64,000 nt of DNA from Lama guanicoe (lineage: Eukaryota): the NCBI GenBank assembly GCA_013239625.1, contig MU057344.1, positions 374,276 through 438,275 on the forward strand. The letters are read 5' to 3'. The position numbers and the translations under genes are program-made. Positions 48,287 to 62,183 of the stretch are shown here, in pieces. Within the stretch, counting starts at the first letter, position 1; each line of letters opens with the position of its first letter. The notes under the pieces are model-generated. The model searched no databases. It was not told the DNA's origin and was given only the letters and a program-made list of their open reading frames with translations.

Positions 48287-48900
48287 TTTGTGCCGCCGAC
48301 TCCCTTTCGAGCTCCTTCCCGGCAGGGCGGCTCCTCACGACGCTCTACGGCCGCGACCGCCCCGCCCCGCCACGTGCCATTGGTTCGACCGGCGGACGGC
48401 CCGGCGCCGCCTTCTCGCGATTGGCTGTGCCTCCTGCCCGTCAGCGTCGTGGCTGACGTAGCAACCCGGCACGGGAGCAGGCGCGGGCGGGCTCGTTACC
48501 CAGTGGGCCCCGCAGCGGCCGAGCGAGGCCGGGGTCTGGGCCCCGACCCGGAAGCACTAGTGGCTGATGCCGGCTCCGGGCACCCTTTAGGGCCCGGACT
48601 GCTTCGGCGCGGTGGTTCGGTCTTCCCAAAGGACCCGGAGCTCGTGAGGCTTCCACCGCTGCCCCAGGCTTCCTGGGGGTCTGGCAGGGTCCGGCGGGCG
48701 CCCCCTGTTCCGTGGGCCCGTAAGGGGGTGGCGGCTCTCCCTCTGCCGGGATTGCGCCCTGCGGGCCACTGGAGCAGGGAGGGCTTGGTTGGAGGCGTCG
48801 AAGGTCTCGGAGGCCCCCGGCCTGAAAGCATTGACGCACGCGCTGGTAAGTTGTCCCCAGCCCACGCCCAGCAGCAACGTCATACGTTTGCCAGTTAATT
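47750..48900. promoter_or_regulatory. CCNL2 CpG-island promoter
   Basis: YY1-type AAAATGGCGGC over the ATG, CACGTG 48370-48375, two CCAAT boxes (ATTGG 48379, 48420), TGACGTA near 48455, CCGGAAG near 48548. Confidence 0.8.
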
Positions 48901-51102
48901 CGTGGCCGCTGGCATGGTCTTTACTCTCGAGCCTTTACTGAGTCCAGGTTTAGGGTAAAGATACAACGCCAGATTCAGAGTTCTTGCCTTCAGAATTGAG
49001 TCCACAGGAAGAGAGAAGATAGCTGGAAACGTTTATAATGCGATGTTTCTACAGAGCCACTGACTGCAAAAGGCGTGAGTTCTAACCGAGTTGGGGGGCG
49101 AGGAGCCAGGCTAGGATGCCCCCCGGGGCCACGGGAAGAGGCTGAGACTGTATACTGCAAACAGCGGGAAGCCGTCGAGGGATTTGACCCTCCATTCCCC
49201 CACCGGTTGTAGCAGGCGCTCTCAGGATTAATGACTGACAGCTTCTGGTGGTTTTTACATCACCAGGCAGCAGTGTTGCTGTCACGTCAGATGCAGTATT
49301 AGTTGTCTGTTGCTGAACAGTTATTCTAAACGTTTCACTAGGACTAGTGCAAGAACCTGTGTAAGGATGGTGGGAAGGCCTTGATGACTGACAGCTTGAG
49401 GTGGGGGCAGGTTCAGACCCCTGGGATCTGCCAGTAACTGCACTCAACTCAAACCTGCCCAAACCCAGAGGCCACCACTGCCTTTCACTCAAGTGAGACT
49501 TGACCCTGCAGCTCAGGAACAGTGCAGACTAAAACCCAGTCTCTCTCTTCTCCACTCCCGTGAGCAACATGGTTACAGTGCCCCGTCTCCCCTACCCCTA
49601 GGCTGCCAGGTCCTGGATGTCTCCTCTTTGCAGGCTACAGCAGCACACTGTCCATGAAAGGAATAATTTCCTCATCCAGAAGCCCCAGGAAAGAGCTTCT
49701 CATTGGGCCTTCTTGGATTACCTGTCCATTTCCTGAACAGCTAGAGGAGAGGGAAGAGCTGATGGCTCTAGCCAGTCAGAGCCAGGCTCTGGTCCTTGGC
49801 CTGCATGAAAGGAAAACTGGGTCCTGTGGCTGGAGGGGGCGTGGGTGCCAGGAGCAGCCCACAGTTGTCTGTCACATCCCCATCTTCCTTTACCGAGATG
49901 AACAAAGAAAAGGCAGCTCCTCCACATCAGTGCATTCTGCACAGTACTTGGTCCCCACACCAGAGGACCCTCTGTATTCTCTACCCTGTTGTCTGTGGAT
50001 GAACTGATGAACTGTGTAGTCAGCCACTGCAGTGGTTGTGGCAAAACAGGACTCAGCCCCGGGCCTCCAAATGCTTACAGTTCAGTGGCCATCATTAGAC
50101 ACCGTGACAAGGGCCAGGAGGAGGGGCCTCTTAGGAAGCCATTGCAGTATTTGGAGCCAGAAGAGATGTTGGCCTGTGGCGAGGATGGAGAAGAGTGCAC
50201 AGTTGGAGGTGGGTGTTGGGTCCAAAGAAGTAATTTCTTCCAGGGGACTGCTGGCAAAGGACAGAGGAGGGCATCACCGTAAGACTCAGCATGGGAGTTT
50301 TGGAGTGGGGCCAGGTGGGCATTGCCAGGTAAGTGCAGGAGTCAGACAGCAACCCTGGGCCTAAAGAGCTCTCCTGGGCCGAGGGTGTGAGGAATGGTGA
50401 GGTAAGAACCCTGGTTGGCAGCAAGCAGAGGAAAGGGAGTGTGTGACCTTTGGGGTCCAGGACTGACAGTATCCCTTGGGTTTTGGTACTAGGAGATAGC
50501 TCGTGAGAGCTATCGGGTGAGCCCGATAACAGACCAGATAGGAGGTGGGAGCTACAGGGGCTCAAAATGCAGAAGAACAAGGCCGAGGGCAGAACTAGCT
50601 CCCAGAGACAGCAAGGGGAGGCCCTGGCCCCATGCAATGGATAGTGGGGACACAACTGGCAGTGCTGAGAAGTTACTTCTGGACTTGGCTCTGTTATTAA
50701 TGAAGTCAGGTATCTGGGAGAGGGACTGGAACCCTACATTAAGGCTTCCCAAGTAATCTGATGGTCATCCTGCCTGTGGGGGCTCCGGTGAGACTGGGAC
50801 CCCGCTTGCTGCCTGCTGGGCTGGAAGACAGCAGGAAGCCTGGTGCTCAGAGTGGCTGAAGAGCTGAGCCGTGGAATCCCTGCTGGAAACAGGCGGGATG
50901 GGCAGGGCCAGAGATCACTGGCCTGGCGCACCCCACCCCCTACTTGCAGGAGGATCTAAGGTTCCTAGAGGCGCATGTTCAGTTGACCCCCTCTCACCCT
51001 GGCAGCCTCACTCACCACATCACAGGCACCCAGGCAGGCGCACCTGCGGTGTGTTTGCTGACACCAAAGAACACAGCTCAAAAAGCCCAACACCACACAA
51101 GC

Positions 51103-51108
51103 TTTATT
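51103..51108 (-). terminator. AATAAA polyadenylation signal of MRPL20
   Basis: TTTATT on +, about 220 nt after the stop. Confidence 0.8.
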
Positions 51109-51326
51109 TACAAGATCCATGTGAGATATTTCTGAACCTGTGCCAATGAGAAGACAGGCCTTCTCTCAGGGCTGTTAACTGAAGTGTAAAGGAACACAAA
51201 CACAAGTCAGACTTACACTGCTCACAAATACTTCTTAGTCCCTATTTTAGTATAATCATCACAGCAGGGAAAAGCCTTTCCCTAAGACGCTCAGCTGCAA
51301 AGGACAGTTGGTGTCGGCATCCTCCT

Positions 51327-53955
51327 TCAGTGGTGATGTGCCACCCTGGAAAAAATGCCTTCTGGCTCTTTCCCGTCCCCCAAGGCAGCAGCAAATCCTT
51401 CCTGTCGCCTCCTTTTGGCTAAAGAAGCCAAAGATTTAAAAGTCTTTGGTTCATAGATGGCTAGGTCTGCAAGTACTTTCCTGTTGAGCTCCACCCGGCA
51501 CTGGAAAGAGAACCAGAGTCTGTTTCAGCATCAAAAATGCATTTCAGTGAAACATAATTAGACTCGGAACACAGCTGAGCATCCTACGATTTGAATCACC
51601 TCAGCAAATATCACGTGAGCATCAGAGGGGGAGGGGAGTGGTGAAGCAGGACCCTGGAGGGTCAGTGTGGACAGGGGTTGGGTAGGGGCATTGCTCCTGG
51701 TGCCAGCCATGGACCCAAGGGCCTTCTTTAGAGATTTCTGGCCGGGGGTGACCCTTTAAGTCATCTGGGAAGAGGAAACCGCAATTCCCATTTTACAAAT
51801 GATGAAAAATGAGACACAGAAGAGGCACAAGCAGAGGAACCAGGATCAGAACCAAGCATTCCTGATTTCCACAAGAGAGCCAGACTACCAAGTAAACATC
51901 AGAAAACGGATGGACAGTGCCAGGGAGCCTGAAGTGCAGAAAAAAGAGGGGAGGGTCTCCTGGCACTGAATGCAGCTACGCAGGAGTGGATCCTGTTCTA
52001 CTACGTGGGACCCATGGGCCTTGGGCAAAGTCCCTCTCCTTTCTGAGCCTCAGCTCCCCTCAGTCAAATGGAAGTGTCACCCTCACACTTACCCTGAGGA
52101 TCTCTGTGAAGTGCCAGAGACAGGGTCTGGTATAAGGCAGAAGCATAACACCCACTCCCCCAGCTTTCTGGGAAATAATTTAAGTGCACACAAAAGCAGA
52201 GAAAATAGGATAATCACCAGATGCAGAGATTTTGTGACACGTGCTTCATCTCTCCCCTCCAAGATGTTTCCCCTCCTTTTTCATTATGAGTTTCAACTTG
52301 ATCTGCTACCTCATCAGAATTCATTCAGTGTAAAAACTTTGAAATTAAACTTTAAAGTCAAGTCTTTCCATATTTTTTCTTGATGGGGAAACACCAAGGC
52401 CCATGTCTTGGTACCACAGGGCAAGGGCAGAGCAAGTGTGACAAGTCCCTGAAGCTGCTAGAACTGCACCCCAAGAATGAAAGCAACGTTAGGGCGCTAA
52501 CGTCCCACCGTATGGGCTGCTGGACCATGACAACTGGGAAGACTTATGAAGCCGTTCAGTGTTGCAACAGAACCACATCCTCAACCGTACCTTAATTAAA
52601 TTGGCAATGAATGCTGGGTACTTCAGGCCGTGTTCCTGGGAAGCAGCTGTAATTCGATTAATCCAGAGCTGAAATAAGAAAATTTTTAAGATGCTTCAGA
52701 ACTAGCAGTATGTTATGTCCACACCTCCCAGCAAAGGTTCTAACTAAATTAAAAGGTTTTTTGTAAAACCAAATACCAAAGTCAGTGTTTTATTCAGGCA
52801 AACAAGCTGTAGTACAGACACCGTGAGCAAAGGCCTGGGCTCTTTACCCAAAGGCCAGCTTCCTTCTAAAGGGTTTAGCAAGAAGGTCATGCGCTGGGAA
52901 GCGTTAATTCCACACGTTTATCCAAAGATGAGCAAGAGTCTCTGCCAGGCACAGCTCCAAAGGGACCCGCGGATGGACTGTGACAGCCAGTGAGACGGGT
53001 GCCGCCAGGCAGGCGTGGAACAATCCAGGTGGAAGCTGCAGGAGGGGCCTCACAAAGGACCTGGCTGGCCAGAAGCAGCAGGGTCCGTTCCCTTAACCAC
53101 AGGGAAGTCAAGGCTTGTAGGCAGGTGGGAAAGATCGGGAAGCTCTGAATGGATCTGCTAAACAAGGTGGGGCCTAAGAGACTCTTTCAAGGCATTATTT
53201 TCTCAATCTTAAGACACACTCAAGTCAACTTTCTTCCTGTGTTTCAGTGGTTCTCAAGTTTGAATGCGCATCAGAACTACCTAAAGGTTTGTTAGAACGC
53301 AGATTGCTGGGCCCCACCTCAAGAGCTCTCAATTCAATGGGTGCCCGCGGGGTGGGGAGGTGCTGAGACTCAGCATTTCAGCAGGTTCCGTGCAAGGCTG
53401 CTGCTGCTGTTGCTGCACCGGGACCCTGCGCTGAGACCCTCCGCTGTCCTCCAGCGGCAGGCGCACGTGTCCCCGACTGAGCGGAACCCCACGGGGAGGG
53501 CGGGGCTGCCGAGGCCGGTCCTCGCAGACCACGTGCACAGGAACGACTGGCTTACGGGCTGGGGCCGCCTCCGCGGCGAGTGAGGCCCTGCTGACTCTCC
53601 AGGGTCAGAGTCGCCGCCCTTAGCTCCGGAGGGTCCGGGGCAGCGAGGCGGAGGCCGACGCGGGCTGGGCTTACCGTCCTCATGTTCCTCTTCTTCAGCC
53701 TGCGGGCTCGGGTGCATTTCACGAACGCTCTCGTCACAGCTCTGACCGCCAGCCGGTAGCACCGATTCTTCCTTCCTCGGAAATGCTGGGTCAAGAAATG
53801 GGAGACAACGCGGTCGGCGGGGCCCATACGCGCGCCGGGCAGGGGCGCGGGGCGCGCGGCACACTCACCCGCGCGTGTTTCAGCACCTCCTGGACCCGCC
53901 AGTAGCGGTCGGTGAGGCGGCTCCGCAGCCAGAGCGGCGCAGTCAAGAAGACCAT
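51327..53955 (-). CDS. MRPL20: Mitochondrial ribosomal protein bL20m, 4 exons, 149 aa
   Basis: Exons 53955-53869, 53785-53675, 52668-52591, 51500-51327; total 450 nt, all phase 0. [61 protein letters not shown]. Confidence 0.98.
51770..51880 (-). mobile_element. MIR SINE fragment
   Basis: cccattttacaaatgatgaaaaatgagacacaga is the reverse MIR core. Confidence 0.6.
51990..52150 (+). mobile_element. MIR SINE fragment
   Basis: ccttgggcaaagtccctctcctttctgagcctcagctcccctcagtcaaatgg MIR core. Confidence 0.65.
53245..53446. mobile_element. MER5A hAT-Charlie DNA transposon
   Basis: CAGTGGTTCTCAAG...tgcgcatcagaactacct...gcagattgctgggccccacctcaagag...gcattt...ggaccctgcgctgaga. Confidence 0.8.
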
Positions 53956-53959
53956 GGCG

Positions 53960-54240
53960 CCCGCCAGCCGGCGACTCAGTCCAGCAAAGCGCGCGTGTCT
54001 TGCCCTCGCCGCCGCCGCCGCGCGAGCACTTCCGGGTCAGCGCCCCCCCACCACACAGCGATTTCCGGCGCGCCGCGCGTGCGCTCCGGGCCCGCGCCCT
54101 CGCCCTGCCCAGTGCGCGTGCTCAGGAGGGGCGGGGCGGGGCGGGGCGGTGATGGCTGGAGGTGAGCCCCTAGCGGAGGTTGGCGGGTCCTGCAGAGCCC
54201 AGCCGGGCCCCGCTGCCTCCGACCGAGCGTCCCGGTCCCC
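53960..54240. promoter_or_regulatory. MRPL20 CpG-island promoter with NRF1, GABP and Sp motifs
   Basis: CACTTCCGG near 54028, GCGCGTGCGC near 54075, tandem GGGGCGGGGC near 54128-54149; typical of nuclear-encoded mitochondrial genes. Confidence 0.75.
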
Positions 54241-54389
54241 TTTGTGCTGCTGAGCTGTGCACTTTGAAAGGATTGGAATGGCACGTACAATATAAATACT
54301 GCGTATACTTTGTCACCATTTTACCACAGTACCATTATATTATCATTATTACATGAAACAATGAAGGGAGTGTGCACTTCCTTTGTAAC

Positions 54390-55100
54390 TTTAACTCTGG
54401 GCATAATTTTAAGTTACAGAAAAGTTGCAAGACTAGTTCCAGAAACTCCCCAATATGCTTTACCCAAATGTACCAACTGTTTACATTTGCTCCATTTTTA
54501 AAAGTCAGTCCCGCTATAAATGTTCATAAGCACACAGTGAGTTTTTCCTCTGGTCCATTTGAGAGGAAGTGGAAGATAACTAAATATTTCACTGTGTATT
54601 TCCTTAGGACAAGGTCATTCTCTTACAAGTCACAGCACAAGGATCAAAATCGGGAAATTCAAGATTAACGCAATACTACTGTCTAGACCACAGTCCATAC
54701 CCAGTTCTGTCAAATGATCTTCACCGCATTTTCCCCTGTCCGGGATCCTGCGCTGCCTATAGTTGTTGTGTCTCATTTTTAGTCTTAATCTGGAACAGTT
54801 CTTCAGCATTTCTTTGTTTTTCTTGACCTTGGCATTCCTGAAAAGTCCAGGCTAGTTATTTTGTAGAATGCCTCTCGAGTTCATCTGATGTCTCCTCGTG
54901 ATTATAACTGGGTTACACATTTTTAGCAGAATACCGCAGAGATTACATTGTGTCCTTCTCTGTGCGTGGTATCAGGAGGCCTGTTCCAACATGGAAAACA
55001 TCAGCTTTAACCACTTAATTATGGAATTGCTTGCCAGGTTTCTCCCCCACTTTTACTTTTGTAACTAATTAGTAGCTTGTGGAGAAACAAATGCTTTGAG
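54390..55100 (-). mobile_element. Old L1 (L1MC4/5-like) 3' end, antisense
   Basis: ataattttaagttacagaaaagttgcaaga...ctaaatatttcactgtgtatttcct...tcttaatctggaacagttcttcagcatttctttg...aggctagttattttgtagaatg. Confidence 0.7.
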
Positions 55101-57397
55101 AGTTGTAGGCCTTCCTGTCAGCAGATGCTGAGATGCAAATAGGAGTATGGTGTTGCACCCTGTCTTGCGAGTGGGAGAGAGCGGGTGCAGATGGGGCAAC
55201 GTCTGGGCTGACCCAGTCGTTCCGAGGCAGAGACTGCCTATTTGGGAAATCTTGTGTTGGGCAGAAATGGCCAGACCCCAGCACCTGAGCTCAGCCAGTG
55301 TCTGGGGCCGTCAGGAAAAGTGTGCCATTGGCTAAAATACTGCCGTGGACTTGAAGCTCAAAGACAGGTGGAGCCTTGAAGGGTATCTGAGCAGCACCCT
55401 CTGTGACCTCCACACTCCAAGACGACTTGCACTCACCAACTCGAGCGTCCATTGCTGACTTTCTAACTCTCCGTATTTATTGGCATTCCCTTTAAAGAAG
55501 AGGTTTACCTTGAGGGGTACCATTTATATAGCGTTAGAAGAGTGCGCAGAGAGGTGCTATTCCAGTGAAGAAGGCAGTGGCTGAGGGCAGGCACAGGGAT
55601 CAGCAAGTGCGAGGCTTGGTGTAATCAAGGTCAGTGAGCCAGAGTGGGTCCGGGGCCAATGAGCAAGCGGGAGCCTGGAGATAGAGGCTGGTCAGGATGT
55701 GTGGGCCCTGGAGGTCGAGGAGGGCCTTTAATGTCCCGTGTAGCACACGGCCCTAGGCTTCCTTACCCCGTGGCAGCCACCCTGCACCTTGGAAAGTCAT
55801 AGGGCATCACTTCGGCAGGACTCGGGTGGCCAGAACAGTCAAGAGGTGGAGACACAGACTCCAGCTCTGGACGGGGGAGCATGGAGATCGCGCTGGAAAG
55901 AGCACGGTGGTGGATGAGATCGCTGGAGCATTTGTGAACAACACAATATGCCATATTTCGTTTACACTCCACTGGGGAGAGGGAGTCACTGGGGAGACTG
56001 TGAGCAGGATAGTCAATAGGTTATAGCTACTGTTCTGAGAACAGCCCACAGGGAGTCAGGGGCTCAAACGAGAAGACCAGCTAGGCTGGGGGCCTGCCTG
56101 GTTATGGCAATGCTCCCAACAAGGCTGCTGGTGCCTGGACATAGTGGACTCAGCAGGGGAGGCGAGAGGCCGTCAGACTGTGTGTGGCTCTGGAGCAGAG
56201 CCCACAGGCTGTGCTGGAAGCTGGGTGTTGGTGTGTCCTGCAGCTTTAGAAACCATCTTTACTCTGACAACATCAGAGATGTCACCACAGCCCCCACCTT
56301 TCCCACATTCTCATCTCCTGTGCACCTGCTCTCCCCATCACGATTAAGGTTTCCCACTCACCCCACCACCTCGGGCCCAAGCCTCGCTAGGGTCAGTGTG
56401 AGGTCTCCCTTTCCCTGGCCCCCCACCTCAAACCCATCAGCAAGCACACAGGGCCCTGCCCACAGAATCCTCCCGGTGCTGCCTGCCTCCCCCACCTCCA
56501 CTGCTGTGCCACCGCCATCTCACTGGCTCCTGGGCTCCCCGTCCCAGGAACAGCCCACTCTGCACGAGCTGGCTCCATGGGCCACGAGGACCATGTTACA
56601 CAAGCACAAACCCCCCCCAAGGCTTCCATTGCCTCAGGAGTGACATCCAAGTGCTCCCATAATCCCTGGACAGAGGTGCTCATTTGGCATGACAGTTTTC
56701 ACTTTTGAAAGAGGAAATCTGTCCTCTAAAGACATTCTTCCAGAACAATCAATGAACCGCAATGATTTTCTGTGAGAGCACATTAGAGGGGCCACTGGAG
56801 ACAACTGTCCCTCTGTGTGGTTGGACCACAGGAGCGTAATTTACAGATATGACTGAGTGATAACCGTGAGTGGCTAATGCCATTGAAAAAACCATTTTTC
56901 TTTCTTAGGTTTCCTGGCGGAAACAGGCAGAAGCACTAGTGTCAACCAGGAGGTAGAAGCAGGAGCAGGAGGTGGGAGGCTCAAGCCTTCACTGGGGTTC
57001 CCACAGGAAAGATGAGGCAGGGCAGGGACACAGTTGAGGACCGGCTTGTTCGATAGTCCAGTGGGCCTGGGTGGTTCAGGGCTGCGTACTGAGAGAAGGT
57101 GGCTCGGGACGGCAGGGGCGAGAAAGACAACTGGCCACTCGTTTGGTCCTGCAGTCACTGAGCGGACGCCGACAGACAAACACTGAATCTAAGGAAACAC
57201 AAGAAGAATGCTACCACGGACAGAGGAAGCCCTGAGGGTGACAGCCCCATGGTGGACAAACGGAGCCCGTCAGCTTTTGGTCAGTTCTGCTGCCACAGCT
57301 CAGTCTCTCTGCCAGAGAGGCTGGTGCTGCAGGGGTGACGCGGCCCCCGGACTCAGTGGGGCCATCTCAGGTCCAGCCAGGAACTTGTTACTGGGGT

Positions 57398-59400
<2,003 letters not shown>

Positions 59401-60450
59401 TCATCTCCCCAGGGGAACCAGGCCACCACTTAGCCTTCTGAGGGCCTTGGATCTCAGATACCTCTGAAGAGAGTCCACCCAGGGCCTCTGTCCTCCAGCT
59501 GGGGGTCTTCTCCATGCTGTCCTGGCCCAGCCACAGCCTGGTGGCCCTCTCGTGAAACTCCTTCCGCAGGTGCAGAGGTGGGGGTGTCTGCTCCCAGCGT
59601 GCTGGGAGGCTGGAGCTGCAGCTGTTTGGGAGGGGGTGGTGCAGAGCTGCCTCCCGGGCCAGGCTAAGGGCCACCTCCCCACACTGTTTACCCAGAACTT
59701 AAGGGGAGGCCCTGCCTGCCAACCCCTGTCTCAGCACCCTTCAGCCCCTGCCAACTTCCAGGGCCTCTGGCTTGGCCTCCCTCCAGGGAGACAAAGGCCA
59801 GGCAGGCAGGGACTTGCCCATGGACCACAGCTCCTCCAAGAAGCTCAGTCTATGATGGGCCATGACTTGCCCACCCCAGGAGGCACCCACATACCTTCCC
59901 GTGGGTCCCTCCCTCAGGCCCTGCCCCTCACCCCCACTCCTGTCCCAGCTGGCTAAGACCCCCCTCGGTGCTGAAGCTTGGCCTCTCTCCTGACTCCAGC
60001 TGGAGCAGTGGACAGGGTGAGGTAGGGCCCTTCCCCCTATGAAGATGCTCCACGAGGAAGAGGAAGGAACATCAACCCGGGACACCCGGCAGGTGGCCGG
60101 GTAAGTTGTGGGAGTAGGAAGCCTCTTGAGAGTAGGCTGAGCGAGTCAGCAGGGGCTGTGAAGGGGCAGACCCTCAACGGAAGGAGAGAGCCAGGCAAAG
60201 GGGGGTTGTTTAGGAGAGGAGTCAAGTCTGAAAGGTGGAAGAGTGGTGCTACAGGAGAGGCCTGAGTAAGGCCTTCGGGACTGGCCGCTTGGATTCTGGG
60301 GCCCTGGGGCACAGAGGGCCAGGGTGGGAGGCTAGCCCTGAAGGTGCCTTCCCATCCCCAGTCCCTGGGTAAGGCCGCTAGTCCAGAGCCCACACAGGAG
60401 AAAGTGCGGCAGGTTGCTGAGGGCACGCCCCTCCAGCTGCTTCTGGTGAC

Positions 60451-60469
60451 TGTCCACCAGGGGGCAGCA
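60451..60469 (+). promoter_or_regulatory. CTCF core motif between ANKRD65 and TMEM88B
   Basis: TGTCCACCAGGGGGCAGCA closely matches the CTCF consensus. Confidence 0.6.
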
Positions 60470-62183
60470 CAGCTCGGGGGCAGTCGCTCCCGCCCCAGCA
60501 CCTTCCTGGCTCCCAGAGAGAAGGTGTCCTGAAGGCCCTGCCCTGTACACGCTCCAGAGAGGGGTGGCCCTTCCAGGAGTCAGGCCCAAAGGCTGGGTCT
60601 CCAGGCAAGGGCCTGAAGGGCCCCATCCCACCCTCAAGCCACATGGACCCCACCCTGTAAGCCTCAGTCACTCAGCTCAGACATCCCCTCCGCAGAGGGG
60701 CCCTCGAGCCTGACCACTGATCTGAAGCAGCCTCATCCTCTGTTGCATTTTCTTCCTAGCACTTGTCACTGCACAAAAATACCTGTCTACCTGACGTTAA
60801 TCAGGCATGTCACACAGGCTGGCGGATTCGGCCCGTAAAGAAGCAAGGTGCTCTGGGTGGGTTCGGACAGTTTACTACCTGAGCCACCAGCCAAAATAAG
60901 GGGACCAAGGTTGTAGGCCCCATACCCTGTCCCACAAGGTGACGCAGGAGGATGCTGAAAGGAGCAAGCCTGGGTGACCACATGACAAGGACGGGGGTGG
61001 GAGGGGGGCACCCAGTGCTTAGGAGCTGCTTCCCTGCTGCAGCCACACCTGTCACGGCCCGGGCACGGCCGCTTGTGCGGATGACCTCTGTGGACACGTG
61101 CCAGGCTGTCGGGGTGCCCGCAGAGAGCCGAGGTGAGCTCGAAGGGCCTGGAAAATGTTAGAAGCAGAGTTGGAAGGGCTAAGGAGGGGGGAAACGTTCG
61201 CACATGGTGCTGTCCAGCCACCTCCACTCAGCTCACAGACAACCTCTTGAGTAGTTTGTCAACCGGTTATGTAAGTGGTGTTTAAAATACTGTATGTTAT
61301 GCCCAAAAACCCTGGGAGACCATTAGGTGCTAAGAGTATTTTAGTCACATTGGAAGAAATTATTTGGGGTTTTCGGACGGGCTAGGAAAGCTGATACCTC
61401 CTTTACTTGAAGTAACAGAATTATGTGCTCCCCCTGTTTTCAGGATGGATGGGATTCTGGCACCAAGTTTGGTGGCTGGTAGGATGAAGCTGGTAGGATT
61501 CTGGCTGGCAGGATGAAGCTGTTATTGGCACCTACTGTGTGCTGAGTCCCACACCAAGCATTTCCTATCCATTGCCCACGGGCCCTCTCGACAGGTATGG
61601 TGGGGGCACCCAGCATCTTCTGGGGAAGCTTCTCTGAGGCTGTGAGGGGCCAGGTTTGGGGATGAGGGACCAGCAGGGGCAGGGCTGGGAGATGGGGTTG
61701 ACCTCTACATGGCAGCTACTGATGGGGCAGTTGCTAGAGTTACGACTAGTGAAATGAGGCGTTGTGTGCAGGAGCTGGAAGTGGGCAGAGGGCGGGACCA
61801 GGAGGGAGGAGGGGACCAGGAGGGAGGAGGGCCCCAGTGCTGAGCTGTAGGGACAGCTGTGCAAGCTCTGACCAGAGCATGCAGGAGCTGGCTGGGGAGA
61901 CTGACCAGGGCCAGAGCTGCAGTAACCTGGCAGAGACGGGGTCAGTCTGGCAGTGGAGGAACCGGAGGCTCAGGTGTGGCCTTGGAGACTGATGGTCAGG
62001 GGTGGACCCCTGGGCCAGGGTCCTGCCCTCCAGCTGGGTCCTCCATCCGGATGCTGGGTTCTGGGTAGAGATGTGACCTGGGGACCTATGGTTAAAATTC
62101 TGCTAATCTGAAACAGGGGGAGGGGCTCATTCCTGCAACGTGACCACCGCTGTGGGCCCACCAGGTCCACTGCCCAAGAGAAC

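Noticed and set aside
47843-48898. 351-aa plus-strand ORF
   Set aside because: Arg/Pro/Gly low-complexity reading of a CpG island antisense to CCNL2 exon 1.
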